A DNA stretch of 64,000 nucleotides, taken from positions 19,901-83,900 of the forward strand of contig JBAQGJ010000123.1 in assembly GCA_049287725.1 (NCBI GenBank), read 5' to 3'. A program made the position numbers and the translations under genes. The DNA comes from Candidatus Acidiferrales bacterium. Lineage in GTDB: Bacteria; Acidobacteriota; Terriglobia; Acidiferrales; UBA7541. This document shows positions 19,242-29,353 of this stretch, piece by piece. The notes under the pieces are model-generated. The model did not search any database, was not told the origin of the DNA, and was given only the letters and a program-made list of their open reading frames with translations. Every line of letters starts with the position of its first letter. Positions within the stretch are counted from its first letter, which is position 1.

Positions 19242-20054
19242 TTAGTGCTCTTCCGCTACCGCTCCCGCCACATAAATCACGGGAAGAATCGTAAAAACGA
19301 AAGCCTGCAGAACCGCCACGAAAATGTGCAGCAAAATGAATGGAATCGGTCCGACCAGCGGAACAATTGCTCCGACATAACCCAATTTCCCCAGATGTCC
19401 TAGGAAGAGATACATTTCCAGCATCAATCCCAGGAACAAGACGTACAGCGTCTCGCTGACAAACATGTTGACCCATAAACGAACCGTGAGCGAAAGCAGG
19501 CGCGCCAGATTGCTTACGATTTCAATCGGCAACATGATGGGAGACATCGCCAGAACAGGACCCAAGAAATGCTTTCCGTGCCCTAGCAGACCGTGCTTCA
19601 CGATCCCAACCCAGTTGTAATATAGGAAGACGACAATCGCGCAACCCAGTGGCACGGAAACTATCGCCGTGGGCGACATAAACGTGGGGAAAAGCCCGAG
19701 CAGATTGCAGATCAGCACGAAGATCCCGATGCTGCCAAGCATGGCGACATATTTCGGCGCATCGTGGCCCACGTTATCATCCAGCAGGTCTCGAACCCCG
19801 ACTCCCATCGAATTCGTCAGCAGCGCCTCCATGCATTGCTGCGTGCCGCCAGGACGGTCCACCGAGATCCGCGCTTTCAGCCACAGAAAGAAAACAGCGG
19901 CCAGGGCAAATACCACGACCTCGAATGCGACGTGATTGGGAATGGGAAATTCAGGATTGGCAGGCTTGATGTGCAGTAGCGTGAGCAACTCCAGCACCGG
20001 CTTGCCCAGCCATTGATTCAGCAGCTTCGTGACCCAGGATAATGCCTCTCCCAT
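19242..20054 (-). CDS. atpB: F-type ATP synthase subunit a
   Basis: LSLTVRLWVNMF (essential Arg motif), multi-TM. ATG 20054 preceded by AAAGGGTGG; the longer 20210 start overlaps atpI and is rejected. Confidence 0.9.
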   Translation of the reverse strand: MGEALSWVTKLLNQWLGKPVLELLTLLHIKPANPEFPIPNHVAFEVVVFALAAVFFLWLKARISVDRPGGTQQCMEALLTNSMGVGVRDLLDDNVGHDAPKYVAMLGSIGIFVLICNLLGLFPTFMSPTAIVSVPLGCAIVVFLYYNWVGIVKHGLLGHGKHFLGPVLAMSPIMLPIEIVSNLARLLSLTVRLWVNMFVSETLYVLFLGLMLEMYLFLGHLGKLGYVGAIVPLVGPIPFILLHIFVAVLQAFVFTILPVIYVAGAVAEEH

Positions 20055-20064
20055 TTCCACCCTT

Positions 20065-20493
20065 TCAGGAATCCGCGCGCGGAGCAGGCGGACCGCTACG
20101 GAAAAGCTGCCCCACCATTTCCACCAAAACCGCGGCAATGATCGTGAAAAAACCGGCCAGCAGGCTCGCTGCCGGAGGTTTAATGCCCCGCAGGATAGCA
20201 TAGGCGGCAACGATCAGCAAAGCGTAGCGCCCAATGAACTTAAAGTACACGCTCACCGGGACCTGTGCTCGTTGCGCCCCCGCCTGCGCCACCGAAAGCC
20301 GCGCCAAAGTGCCCACACCCTGCTTCATCCACCGGTAATTGATCCACGAAAGGACTGCCCCCGCAGCGAATCCCGCAGCTGCCCTGCCGCCCCACGCGAA
20401 CCAGGTAATCCCGATCCCGGCGGCTCCGATTCCCAGCGCGAAGTACTCAATCCGCCGCTCGGCCGCGGCATAAAACGCGTCATCCGCCGCCAT
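20065..20493 (-). CDS. atpI: ATP synthase protein I-like small membrane protein
   Basis: 142 aa, 4 predicted TM, located directly upstream of atpB (10-nt gap). Assigned by position and hydrophobic pattern only. Confidence 0.6.
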   Translation of the reverse strand: MAADDAFYAAAERRIEYFALGIGAAGIGITWFAWGGRAAAGFAAGAVLSWINYRWMKQGVGTLARLSVAQAGAQRAQVPVSVYFKFIGRYALLIVAAYAILRGIKPPAASLLAGFFTIIAAVLVEMVGQLFRSGPPAPRADS

Positions 20494-20731
20494 CGGCCTT
20501 CTCGGACCGCGACAACCGACGGATGATGTCCCACACGCCCGCGCCAAAACCCAGGAAGCCGAGAATCAAGGTAAGCAGCGGCGAGGTGTGCAGCCAGCGG
20601 TCCAGCAGGTAGCCCGCGCCTCCAGCGATCACGATGGACGCAATCATGATGACCGGCAGCTCCATTGCCATGGCTACTTGAGTGAGCCCGCCGTCGGGCC
20701 GCTTGCGAGGCGAGGGATCTGGCGAGGCCAT
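20480..20731 (-). CDS. atpZ: AtpZ/ATPase_gene1-like small membrane protein
   Basis: 83 aa, two TM (LPVIMIASIVIAGGAGYLLDRWL / LLTLILGFLGFGAGVW), the pattern of the AtpZ family. Overlaps the atpI start by 14 nt. Begins 13 nt after the nuoN(2) stop. Confidence 0.6.
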   Translation of the reverse strand: MASPDPSPRKRPDGGLTQVAMAMELPVIMIASIVIAGGAGYLLDRWLHTSPLLTLILGFLGFGAGVWDIIRRLSRSEKADGGG

Positions 20732-20744
20732 TATGCGTTACCGT

Positions 20745-22262
20745 TCACTGCCCGAACGTGGTGAGCACCGAATAAGTTGCGAGGCGCAGGAACTGCTCCG
20801 GAAAAATTCCCGCCGCGAGCGTGACAATCACCATGGCCGCCAGCGCAAATTTCTGCGCCCAGGAAATTACCGGCATTACCGGATCGCTGGACTCGCGCAC
20901 CCACATCGCTGCCACCATCCGGAAATAGTAGTACACCGCGGGGAGAATGTAGAGCACCCCGAGAACCGCCAACAGCGTGTGCTTGGTCTCGATCAGCGCC
21001 CAGAAAATAAGCAGCTTGGCCACAAACCCGGCCGTCGGCGGGATGCCAGCCAGGGAAAGTAGAAAAATCAGCATCAGAATCGCCGCGCCGGGACTGCGGT
21101 GGATCAGCCCATTCAAATCGTCAACGTCGTCGCCGATCACGCCTTTGCGCCGCAGCAAAATCACCACAGCAAACGCGCCAGTATTGAAAAACGCATAGAC
21201 GAACAAATAGAAAGTCATCGCCTGCAGGCCGCGCTCGTGCAGCGTTCCGTCTGGGTTCACCGAAGCCACAAATCCCAACAGGATGTAACCGACCTGCGCG
21301 ATCGAAGAATAGGCGAGGAGGCGTTTGATATTTGTCTGCGTGATCGCAGCCAAAGTGCCGAGTGTGAGCGAAAGCACACCGACCCACTCCATGATCGCCA
21401 CCCAATCGAGAGTGACCGGCAAGAAAATAGTCAGGAACAGCCGCAGCAAAAGCGCGAAGCTTGCGGCCTTCGACGCCACACTCACGTAAGCCGTAATCGA
21501 AGTCGGCGCGCCCTCATATACGTCCGGCGCCCATTGATGAAATGGCACCGCCGCGATCTTGAAAAATACTCCAGCGGCCACGGTCCCCAGTGCGAGGAAC
21601 GTCAGAAAATCCGTGCCGGGGTATTGTGCGTGGCGCTGCCGCATCGCCATCAAGATCGCCTCAAGGTTCGTCGAACCGGCGATGCCATACAAAATCGAAA
21701 AACCGTACGCCAATATTCCCGAGCTGAAGGCGCCCATAAGCATGTACTTCATTGCCGCTTCGTTCGAGCGGCGCTCGCGGCGCAAAAAGCCGCTGAGTAC
21801 GTAAAAGCTCAGCGCCATCGTTTCCAGCGCCAGGAAAAGCACCACCAGATCGTCCCCGCACGCGAGAAACATCATGCCGACTGTCGCGAACAGCATCAGC
21901 GCGTAATACTCGCCATGCTGCTCCTCTTCGATTTCCATGTAGCGAACCGAAAACAAAATTACCAGCGCGGTGGAAGCCAGAAACAAGAACCCGAAGAAGA
22001 TAAAAAACGGGTCAATCATGATCGAATTGAAGAAACCCACTACCGGACCAATTGGTGGCGAGGCATACGCCCGCAGCATGTAGAGCGATCCGCCGCTGAA
22101 GATCACTCCAAGCAAGGCGGTGAGCGCATTCCAGGATTTCTGGCGATTGGTCAGCAGAAAATCAGTCAGCAGTATCGCCAGCCCGAAAAACACCAGCATC
22201 GCTTCGGGCAATATCAGGAAGAAGTCCCCGCGGCTTCGTTCGAAGATCCACTGCCACGTCAT
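20745..22262 (-). CDS. nuoN: NADH-quinone oxidoreductase subunit N (cluster 2)
   Basis: 505 aa. LETMALSFYVLSG, VPFHQWAPDVYEGAPTSITA, LLAYSSIAQVGY. Confidence 0.9.
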   Translation of the reverse strand: MTWQWIFERSRGDFFLILPEAMLVFFGLAILLTDFLLTNRQKSWNALTALLGVIFSGGSLYMLRAYASPPIGPVVGFFNSIMIDPFFIFFGFLFLASTALVILFSVRYMEIEEEQHGEYYALMLFATVGMMFLACGDDLVVLFLALETMALSFYVLSGFLRRERRSNEAAMKYMLMGAFSSGILAYGFSILYGIAGSTNLEAILMAMRQRHAQYPGTDFLTFLALGTVAAGVFFKIAAVPFHQWAPDVYEGAPTSITAYVSVASKAASFALLLRLFLTIFLPVTLDWVAIMEWVGVLSLTLGTLAAITQTNIKRLLAYSSIAQVGYILLGFVASVNPDGTLHERGLQAMTFYLFVYAFFNTGAFAVVILLRRKGVIGDDVDDLNGLIHRSPGAAILMLIFLLSLAGIPPTAGFVAKLLIFWALIETKHTLLAVLGVLYILPAVYYYFRMVAAMWVRESSDPVMPVISWAQKFALAAMVIVTLAAGIFPEQFLRLATYSVLTTFGQ

Positions 22263-23881
22263 TACCGGGCCTCAGCATGCGCGGCAGCAGACGCCGGCGC
22301 AATCGCAGAAGAATTGGGCGGCACGGTTTGTGGATTCACGCCACTCGATGACGGCAAATTTGCCGGCGGCGCCGCCTCCGGCACTGCGTAATAACCAGGA
22401 TGCACGGTTTCAACCAAGCGATGAACCGGCTGGTCGAGCACATGGAACAGAGGTGCCGGATAAATTCCAATCCAAAACGCCAGCACTACCAGCGGAATCA
22501 GCGTCGCATACTCGCGCCCATTTAAATCCGGCAAATGTTCATTCGCAGGATTCGTCACACTGCCGAACATCACGCGCTGGTACAGCCACAGTAGATAAGC
22601 GGCTCCCAGAATCACTCCCAGCACTCCCCAGGCAGCCCATTGCCACCGCACTTCGAAAACGCCCCGCAGAATCGTAAACTCACCGATGAAACCATTCAGC
22701 AGCGGCATGCCCAACGAGCTCAGCGTCACGATCAGATAGACCGCCGCGAAATTCGGCATTGGCGTTGAAAGCCCGCCGAACTCCGAAATCAGCCGCGTGT
22801 GCCGCCGCTCATACAGAACGCCCACAATCAAGAACAGCGCCCCCGTCGAAATCCCGTGATTCACCTGCTGGATGATGCTCCCGTACAGCCCAAGCGGTGT
22901 GAGCGCGAAAATACCCAGCGTGCAAAAGCCCATGTGGCTCACCGACGAATAGGCGATGAGTTTTTTCATGTCTTTCTGCATCATGCACACGAGCGCGCCG
23001 TAAACAATCCCGATGATCGAAAGCACGATGATGATCCCGCGGTATTTCACCGTCGCGTCGGGAAACATCGGCACCGAAAATCGCAAGAATCCGTACGTCC
23101 CCATTTTCAGCAGCACGCCGGCCAGGATAACGGAACCTGCCGTCGGCGCTTCGGTGTGCGCGTCCGGCAGCCAGGTGTGGAACGGAAACATCGGTACCTT
23201 GATCGCGAACGCGAAGAAGAAACCCCAGAATAACCAGTTCTGCAGGCTACCAAATTGCGACGTAAAGGGATGCTCGATCACCTGCCGTATGTCGAACGTA
23301 TTCCGGTTGGCATAAATCGCCAGCACCGCCAGCAGCATTAGCACCGAGCCAGCCAGCGTATACAGAAAAAACTTGATCGCCGCGTACAGCCGCCGTTCGC
23401 TGCCCCACACGCCGATCAGGAAATACATCGGCACCAGCATCACTTCCCAGAAAACGTAGAACAGCACAAAATCCAGCGACATGAATACGCCCAGCATGCC
23501 GGTCTGCAGCAGTAGTAGCAGGATGTAATATTCTTTCTCGCGTTTGTGAATGGTCGACCACGACGACAAGATTGCGATCGCGCCCAACACAGTCGTCAGC
23601 ATCACCATCAGAAAGCTAAGCCCGTCAATTCCCAGCGTGAAGTGCGCGCCGATCGAGGGAATCCAGTCCGCGTTCTCTACAAACTGAAACTGGGGAGCCG
23701 CCGCGCCGGAATTAAATCGCCAGATCAGCGGCAGCGAAACCAGCAAGCCGAGGAAACCAAAAATATTGCCTAGCCAGCGGTGCAAATCGGCTCGCTCGCG
23801 CGGAATGAAAAGCAGCAGAATCGCGCCTACCAGCGGCGTGAAGAGAATCGTGCTTAAAATATGGCTGTCGGAAAAGAGCAT
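22262..23881 (-). CDS. nuoM: NADH-quinone oxidoreductase subunit M (cluster 2)
   Basis: 539 aa. YVFWEVMLVPMYFLIGVWG, HTWLPDAHTEAPTAGSVILAGV. Has a Pro/Ala/Ser-rich C-terminal tail. Confidence 0.9.
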   Translation of the reverse strand: MLFSDSHILSTILFTPLVGAILLLFIPRERADLHRWLGNIFGFLGLLVSLPLIWRFNSGAAAPQFQFVENADWIPSIGAHFTLGIDGLSFLMVMLTTVLGAIAILSSWSTIHKREKEYYILLLLLQTGMLGVFMSLDFVLFYVFWEVMLVPMYFLIGVWGSERRLYAAIKFFLYTLAGSVLMLLAVLAIYANRNTFDIRQVIEHPFTSQFGSLQNWLFWGFFFAFAIKVPMFPFHTWLPDAHTEAPTAGSVILAGVLLKMGTYGFLRFSVPMFPDATVKYRGIIIVLSIIGIVYGALVCMMQKDMKKLIAYSSVSHMGFCTLGIFALTPLGLYGSIIQQVNHGISTGALFLIVGVLYERRHTRLISEFGGLSTPMPNFAAVYLIVTLSSLGMPLLNGFIGEFTILRGVFEVRWQWAAWGVLGVILGAAYLLWLYQRVMFGSVTNPANEHLPDLNGREYATLIPLVVLAFWIGIYPAPLFHVLDQPVHRLVETVHPGYYAVPEAAPPANLPSSSGVNPQTVPPNSSAIAPASAAAHAEAR

Positions 23882-23975
23882 CCGTTCCCTCGCCTTTCAA
23901 ACCAAGTTTCAGACCAAGCGCCGCTGCCGCCACGCGGCGCAGGGCACGTCATGCCGCACCCGCTCACGCGAGAAG

Positions 23976-26048
23976 CTAGTGCATCGCGTGATGCGCCAAA
24001 TAAAGGTAATACCCCAGGAATCCGATCAGGCCGATAACGATAAAAAGCATGTAACTCTGCACCAGACCCGCTTGTATCATCCGCACCGGAAAACTCAATA
24101 CCCACACCAGCCGCGCGCCAAGTTTCACCGAACCGTCCACGATCCACGTGTCCCACCACATCGAAATCCGCGAAATGGCCCGCGTCAGCCAGCCCGCGCC
24201 GTTCACACCCAGCCCGTCAATCACATTCGCGTCAAACGCGCCCAGCGCCAGGCCAAGATCCTTCGCCCGATTCACGAAAATGGCATCGTAAATCTGGTCC
24301 ACGTAATATTTGTTGTAAACCAGCGTGTAGAATCCACCGAACGTCTTGGCGATCTTTGCCGGCAATTCAGTGCGCTTGATGTAGAGATACCAAGCGAACA
24401 AAATCCCCAGCACCACCAGCCCTTCGGACATTAGCATCAGGTAAATCTCGCCCATGTGCGAACCGGGGCCGTGCGCGGGCTCCGGCCGCAGCTCGTGCGC
24501 AACGCCCACAATCGGCTGTAGAAAATGAACGAACCGGCTATTGCCGCCCAGAATTTCTGGCCAGCTGATCCATCCACCCACAATCGAAAGGCCCGCCAGA
24601 ATCACCAGGGGCAGCAGCATGGCCTTGGGCGATTCGTGAATGTGGTGCTCGACTTCATGGTCCACGCGCGAGGTTCCGTGAAAGGTCATGAAAACGAGCC
24701 GGAACATGTAAAACGCCGTCATGCCCGCGGTGAAGTATCCGATGATCCAGAGTGTGACGTCTTTTTCATATGTCTTGCCGAGGATCAGGTCCTTGCTCAA
24801 AAATCCGGCGAAAGGAAAAATCCCAGCGATCGCTAGCGTCGCGATCAGCATCGTCCAATACGTGACCGGAATTTTCTTCGATAGCGCTCCCATCTTGCGC
24901 ATGTCCTGCTCGCCGGAAAGCGCGTGAATCACGCTGCCGGCCCCAAGGAAGAGGAGCCCCTTGAAAAACGCGTGGGTCATCAGGTGAAAAATTCCAGCGG
25001 TAAACGCGCCCACGCCGCAGGCCAGGAACATATAGCCCAATTGCGACACGGTGGAGTAAGCGAGAACTTTCTTGATGTCGTTCTGCACCACGCCGATGGA
25101 AGCCGCAAAAAGAGCCGTGATCGCTCCCACCAGCGCCACGAGCGCCATGGCTTTCGGCGCCATCTGATAAATCGCGTTCGTACGCGTGACCATGTACACG
25201 CCCGCGGTCACCATCGTCGCCGCATGGATCAAAGCGCTCACCGGAGTCGGGCCTTCCATCGCGTCCGGCAGCCAGACGTACAACGGGATCTGCGCCGATT
25301 TTCCGGTCGCGCCCACAAAAAACAGCAAGGCGATCGCCGTAATCAACGGATCGCCCATCTTAAAATGTCCAGCGGCCAGCGCTGGCCCCAACTCGGTAAA
25401 GCGCACCGTCCCCAGCAGCGCTGAAGTCAGAAAAATTCCCAGGAGAAATCCCGCGTCGCCCACGCGATTAACAATGAACGCTTTCTTCCCCGCGTCCGAT
25501 GCCGACTTCCGGTGAAAATAAAATCCAATAAGCAAGTAACTGCACGTCCCCACGCCTTCCCAACCCACAAACAGCAGCACCAGATTGTTCGCTAGCACCA
25601 AAATCAGCATCGCGAACATAAACAAATTCAAATAGCCGAAGAAGCGGTAATACCCGCCTTCGTGCGCCATGTAACCCATGGAATAGATATGGATCAGCAG
25701 GCCGACGCCCGTAACCACCAGGATCATCACCGCCGAAAGCGGATCGATCTGAAATCCCCAATCAGCCACGAAATTCGCGATCCGGCCGTCCAGCAGGTGG
25801 TAGGGCCCCGCGGGAATCCATTCGAAGAGAATCTTGGTCGCGAGCCGCTCGCTTTCTGGCATCGCGAGCAATTGAAAGAACGCACCGACGGAGAATAGAA
25901 ACGAAATGCCCACGCTGCCGACGCACAGCGCATCTATGATTTGCTTCTGAAGGCGCCGCCCGTAGAAAAGCATCGCCGCCGCCGTCAGCAGCGGAAACAT
26001 CGGGATCAACCAGATATGATCGAGGAAATACGGCTGCGGCGCGTTCAT
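23976..26048 (-). CDS. nuoL: NADH-quinone oxidoreductase subunit L (cluster 2)
   Basis: 690 aa. [54 protein letters not shown]. Confidence 0.95.
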   Translation of the reverse strand: MNAPQPYFLDHIWLIPMFPLLTAAAMLFYGRRLQKQIIDALCVGSVGISFLFSVGAFFQLLAMPESERLATKILFEWIPAGPYHLLDGRIANFVADWGFQIDPLSAVMILVVTGVGLLIHIYSMGYMAHEGGYYRFFGYLNLFMFAMLILVLANNLVLLFVGWEGVGTCSYLLIGFYFHRKSASDAGKKAFIVNRVGDAGFLLGIFLTSALLGTVRFTELGPALAAGHFKMGDPLITAIALLFFVGATGKSAQIPLYVWLPDAMEGPTPVSALIHAATMVTAGVYMVTRTNAIYQMAPKAMALVALVGAITALFAASIGVVQNDIKKVLAYSTVSQLGYMFLACGVGAFTAGIFHLMTHAFFKGLLFLGAGSVIHALSGEQDMRKMGALSKKIPVTYWTMLIATLAIAGIFPFAGFLSKDLILGKTYEKDVTLWIIGYFTAGMTAFYMFRLVFMTFHGTSRVDHEVEHHIHESPKAMLLPLVILAGLSIVGGWISWPEILGGNSRFVHFLQPIVGVAHELRPEPAHGPGSHMGEIYLMLMSEGLVVLGILFAWYLYIKRTELPAKIAKTFGGFYTLVYNKYYVDQIYDAIFVNRAKDLGLALGAFDANVIDGLGVNGAGWLTRAISRISMWWDTWIVDGSVKLGARLVWVLSFPVRMIQAGLVQSYMLFIVIGLIGFLGYYLYLAHHAMH

Positions 26049-26058
26049 TCGGCGGCAC

Positions 26059-26364
26059 TCACCATTTCAGGATGTCCATCTCATCCGCCAGCACGGTCTC
26101 GCGATTGCGGAAGAATGCCAGGATAATGCCGAGTCCCACCGCTGCCTCGGCGGCAGCGTCCGTGATAATGAAAATCGCGAACACCTGCCCATCCACCGTG
26201 CCCCACATGCGCGAAAAAGCCATCAAATTGATGTTCACCGCGTTGAGTATCAATTCGATAGACATCAGCATTATGATCACGTTGCGCCGCGTCAGCACGC
26301 CGATCACGCCAATCGTAAAAAGCGCCAGACTTAGAAACAGATAATGATCCACCGGGATCATCAC
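26059..26364 (-). CDS. nuoK: NADH-quinone oxidoreductase subunit K (cluster 2)
   Basis: 101 aa. [33 protein letters not shown]. Confidence 0.9.
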   Translation of the reverse strand: MMIPVDHYLFLSLALFTIGVIGVLTRRNVIIMLMSIELILNAVNINLMAFSRMWGTVDGQVFAIFIITDAAAEAAVGLGIILAFFRNRETVLADEMDILKW

Positions 26365-26870
26365 ACCCTCCGCTTGGCCATCACCACCGCGCCCACCATA
26401 GCCACCAGCAGCAAGATCGAAGCAATCTCAAATGGCAACATGTACTTGCTGAAAAGCGCATCCGCGACAGCTTCTGTATTCCTCGGGGAAATGTCCGTCG
26501 CTGCAGCGGCACCATGCAACGAGACGCGCCCCGACCACACAGCAAACAGCACCTGCGCAGCGAGCGCCAGCGACAACACCCCTGCAACCACCCATTGCCG
26601 GTTGAATTGGACCAATCGCATCGAGACGTCCAGATTCACCAGCATGATCACGAAGACGAACAGCACCATGATCCCGCCCACATACAGAATCACCTGCACA
26701 ATAAAAAGGAACTCCGCCTGCAATTGCAGAAAAATTCCGGCCGTCGCGAGTAGTGTGGTAATCAGAAATACCGCTGCGTGCACGATATTCCGCCGCGTCA
26801 CCATCAAAATGGCCGACGCCACCGCGAGCAGACTAAAGAAATAAAATAGAATGGTATTTAGCGCAGCCAC
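26361..26870 (-). CDS. nuoJ: NADH-quinone oxidoreductase subunit J (cluster 2)
   Basis: 169 aa. [50 protein letters not shown]. Abuts the nuoH(2) stop. Confidence 0.85.
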   Translation of the reverse strand: MAALNTILFYFFSLLAVASAILMVTRRNIVHAAVFLITTLLATAGIFLQLQAEFLFIVQVILYVGGIMVLFVFVIMLVNLDVSMRLVQFNRQWVVAGVLSLALAAQVLFAVWSGRVSLHGAAAATDISPRNTEAVADALFSKYMLPFEIASILLLVAMVGAVVMAKRRV

Positions 26871-28193
26871 CTATTCACCATCCGCCGTCTGCACGGCGGC
26901 CACTGGCGCATCGTCTTTCGCCAGCAAAATCGCAACGCCCAGCGTAGCCAATGTCGTCGGAATCAACGACACGATCGGTCCCCAACCTAACTGTTGCCGC
27001 AGCACAATCGCCACAGCCACGCCAATCACGTTCACCAGCGCCAGAGGAATCAGGAATCGCCAACCAAGCCGCATCAATTGGTCAAAGCGGAATCGCGGGA
27101 ACGTAAACCGGATCCACAGGAACATATACAGGTACGCAAACACTTTAGCCAAGAACCAGAACGCGCCGTGTATTCCCTGCATCACACCTGCCGGCGCGAA
27201 CAGCGCGCCCAGCAGCGCTCCAGACAGCAAAAAACACAAGACCGCCACCGCCAGCATGACCATTTTCTGAATTTTCACCGGCTGTTTGGGCGCGAGCGAT
27301 ACGCAATACACAGCCACGACGAAAGTTATCAGCGAAGGAAACGCATCCAGCCACTCGACGGACGTCCCCGGAAAATGTTCGTGAAAACTCGCCAGCGGCC
27401 GTAGCCAGCCACCAAGAAAGACGGTCGTCGCGATACCTGCGACAATCACCATGTTCGCGTATTCCGCCAGAAAGTAGAGCGACCAGCGGAAGCCGCTGTA
27501 TTCCGTCATGTATCCAGCGACCAATTCCGATTCCGCTTCCGGCAAATCGAATGGCGCGCGATTGGTTTCCGCCATCGAACCAACCAGGTAAATAAAAAAT
27601 CCAAAAGGAACCGAAAAAATGAACCACACTCCCTGGTCGAGCTGTGCCTGCACGATATCTTTCATCGAAAGCGAGCCAGCCAGCAGCAACACGGACACAA
27701 GCCCTAGCCCCGCAGCCGTCTCGTAGCTCACTAGCTGCGCCGCGCTGCGCAAGGCTCCCAGCAGCGAGTAGTGACTGTTCGAAGCCCAGCCACCCAGCAC
27801 AATGCCGTAAATCCCGAGCGAGCTGATTGCCACGATAAAAAGCAATCCGATGTTGAGATCCGCGATTTGAAATGCCGGACCAATGGGCAGCGCTGAATAA
27901 GCCAGCAGCGCCATCGTCACGCTCACCAGCGGCGCGAGCCAAAACATCAACCGGTCCGCGTTGTCTGGAATAATGTCTTCTTTCAGCAGCAATTTCACGG
28001 CGTCCGCAATCGGCTGCAGCAAACCATGCGGACCCACGCGCATCGGACCAAGCCGCGCCTGCATGTCCGCCATCACTTTTCGTTCCATCAAGACGATGTA
28101 GCCGGCCAGCAGCGGCAACACCATCACGATCACCACCGCATAAATGACCGGCAGCACGAATCGTAGAATTTCAGGTGAAATCAGATGGCTCAT
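26871..28193 (-). CDS. nuoH: NADH-quinone oxidoreductase subunit H (cluster 2), unusually long (440 aa)
   Basis: MERKVMADMQARLGPMRVG, AETNRAPFDLPEAESELVAGYMTEYS, PRFRFDQLM. Confidence 0.9.
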   Translation of the reverse strand: MSHLISPEILRFVLPVIYAVVIVMVLPLLAGYIVLMERKVMADMQARLGPMRVGPHGLLQPIADAVKLLLKEDIIPDNADRLMFWLAPLVSVTMALLAYSALPIGPAFQIADLNIGLLFIVAISSLGIYGIVLGGWASNSHYSLLGALRSAAQLVSYETAAGLGLVSVLLLAGSLSMKDIVQAQLDQGVWFIFSVPFGFFIYLVGSMAETNRAPFDLPEAESELVAGYMTEYSGFRWSLYFLAEYANMVIVAGIATTVFLGGWLRPLASFHEHFPGTSVEWLDAFPSLITFVVAVYCVSLAPKQPVKIQKMVMLAVAVLCFLLSGALLGALFAPAGVMQGIHGAFWFLAKVFAYLYMFLWIRFTFPRFRFDQLMRLGWRFLIPLALVNVIGVAVAIVLRQQLGWGPIVSLIPTTLATLGVAILLAKDDAPVAAVQTADGE

Positions 28194-28196
28194 TTC

Positions 28197-29339
28197 TTAG
28201 CGGTCCACTTCTCCCAGCACGATATCAATGGTTCCAATGATCGCCACCACGTCCGCGATCAGCGCGCCGCGCGCCATTCTGTCAAACGCCTGCAAATTGA
28301 TAAATGAAGGCGGGCGCACGCGCACACGATACGGCTGCGTCGTTCCATCGCTGACGATGTAATAGCCCAGCTCGCCCTTCGGAGCCTCAATCGAGTGATA
28401 AACTTCGCCCGGCGGCGGCTTCAGCACTTTCCCGATACGCGCCATGATCGGCCCCACCGGAATATTTTCAATCGCTTGCAAACAAATTCGGCGCGATTGC
28501 CGCATTTCCTCCATGCGCACCACGTAACGGTCGTAGGTGTCGCCGGTCGTCCGCGTCGGGATTTCGAATTCATACTGATCGTACGCGGCGTAGGGTTGCG
28601 CCTTGCGCAAATCCCACTTCACACCACTCGCCCGCAGCACTGGCCCAGTCACTCCCATAGCGATGGCATCTTCCGCGCTCAAAATCCCGACGCCCTTGGT
28701 GCGGCCAACCCAAATCCGGTTTTCAGTAAGCAGCGTTTCATATTCATCAATCTTGGTGCTGAAATCGTCGCAGAAACGCTTCACATCCTGCTCGAACCCG
28801 TCATACGTTTCGTACTGCAACCCGCCGATGCGGAAGGCATGCGTCGTCAGCCGTGCGCCGCAATATTTCTCAAAGATCTTCAGAATCTCTTCGCGCTCGC
28901 GGAAACAATAGAAAACTGGCGTCAGCGCTCCAATATCCAACGCGTGCGTCCCCAGCCACAGCAAGTGGCTCGCGATTCTCTGCAATTCCGTCAGAATCGT
29001 GCGCACCACTCGCGCGCGCGGCGGCGCTTCCGCACCCAACAATTTCTCCACAGCCTCGCAATAGCCTAGCCCATTCGACACCGCCGCCACGTAATCCATG
29101 CGGTCCACGTACGGCGCAAACTGCTGGTAGCTGCGATGCTCCGCGATTTTTTCGACGCCGCGATGCAGATACCCGATGATGCATTCCGATCCCACCACGC
29201 GCTCGCCGTCGAGCTTCAGCTTCACTCGCAGCACGCCGTGCGTGGACGGGTGCTGCGGCCCCATGTTCAGAATAATTTCGTCGGCGCCCAGCACCGTGGT
29301 GCTGACGTTGCTCATCTCGTTTATGCGTTGCTCGGTCAT
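28197..29339 (-). CDS. nuoD: NADH-quinone oxidoreductase subunit D (cluster 2)
   Basis: 380 aa. [38 protein letters not shown]. Confidence 0.95.
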   Translation of the reverse strand: MTEQRINEMSNVSTTVLGADEIILNMGPQHPSTHGVLRVKLKLDGERVVGSECIIGYLHRGVEKIAEHRSYQQFAPYVDRMDYVAAVSNGLGYCEAVEKLLGAEAPPRARVVRTILTELQRIASHLLWLGTHALDIGALTPVFYCFREREEILKIFEKYCGARLTTHAFRIGGLQYETYDGFEQDVKRFCDDFSTKIDEYETLLTENRIWVGRTKGVGILSAEDAIAMGVTGPVLRASGVKWDLRKAQPYAAYDQYEFEIPTRTTGDTYDRYVVRMEEMRQSRRICLQAIENIPVGPIMARIGKVLKPPPGEVYHSIEAPKGELGYYIVSDGTTQPYRVRVRPPSFINLQAFDRMARGALIADVVAIIGTIDIVLGEVDR

Positions 29340-29353
29340 TCGCTCGGCCGTCG

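Noticed and set aside
20055-20210. 52-codon N-terminal extension of the atpB ORF.
   Set aside because: It overlaps atpI and is rich in Arg/Trp/Cys. ATG 20054 has a good SD and gives a canonical subunit a N-terminus.
18824-20731. Idea that atpZ-atpI-atpB-atpE belongs to an N-ATPase (atpDCQRBEFAG) operon.
   Set aside because: The gene order does not fit. There is no atpD/atpC upstream (nuoN is there) and no atpF/A/G downstream (terminator and a convergent gene). It more likely represents the first half of a split F-type atp locus.
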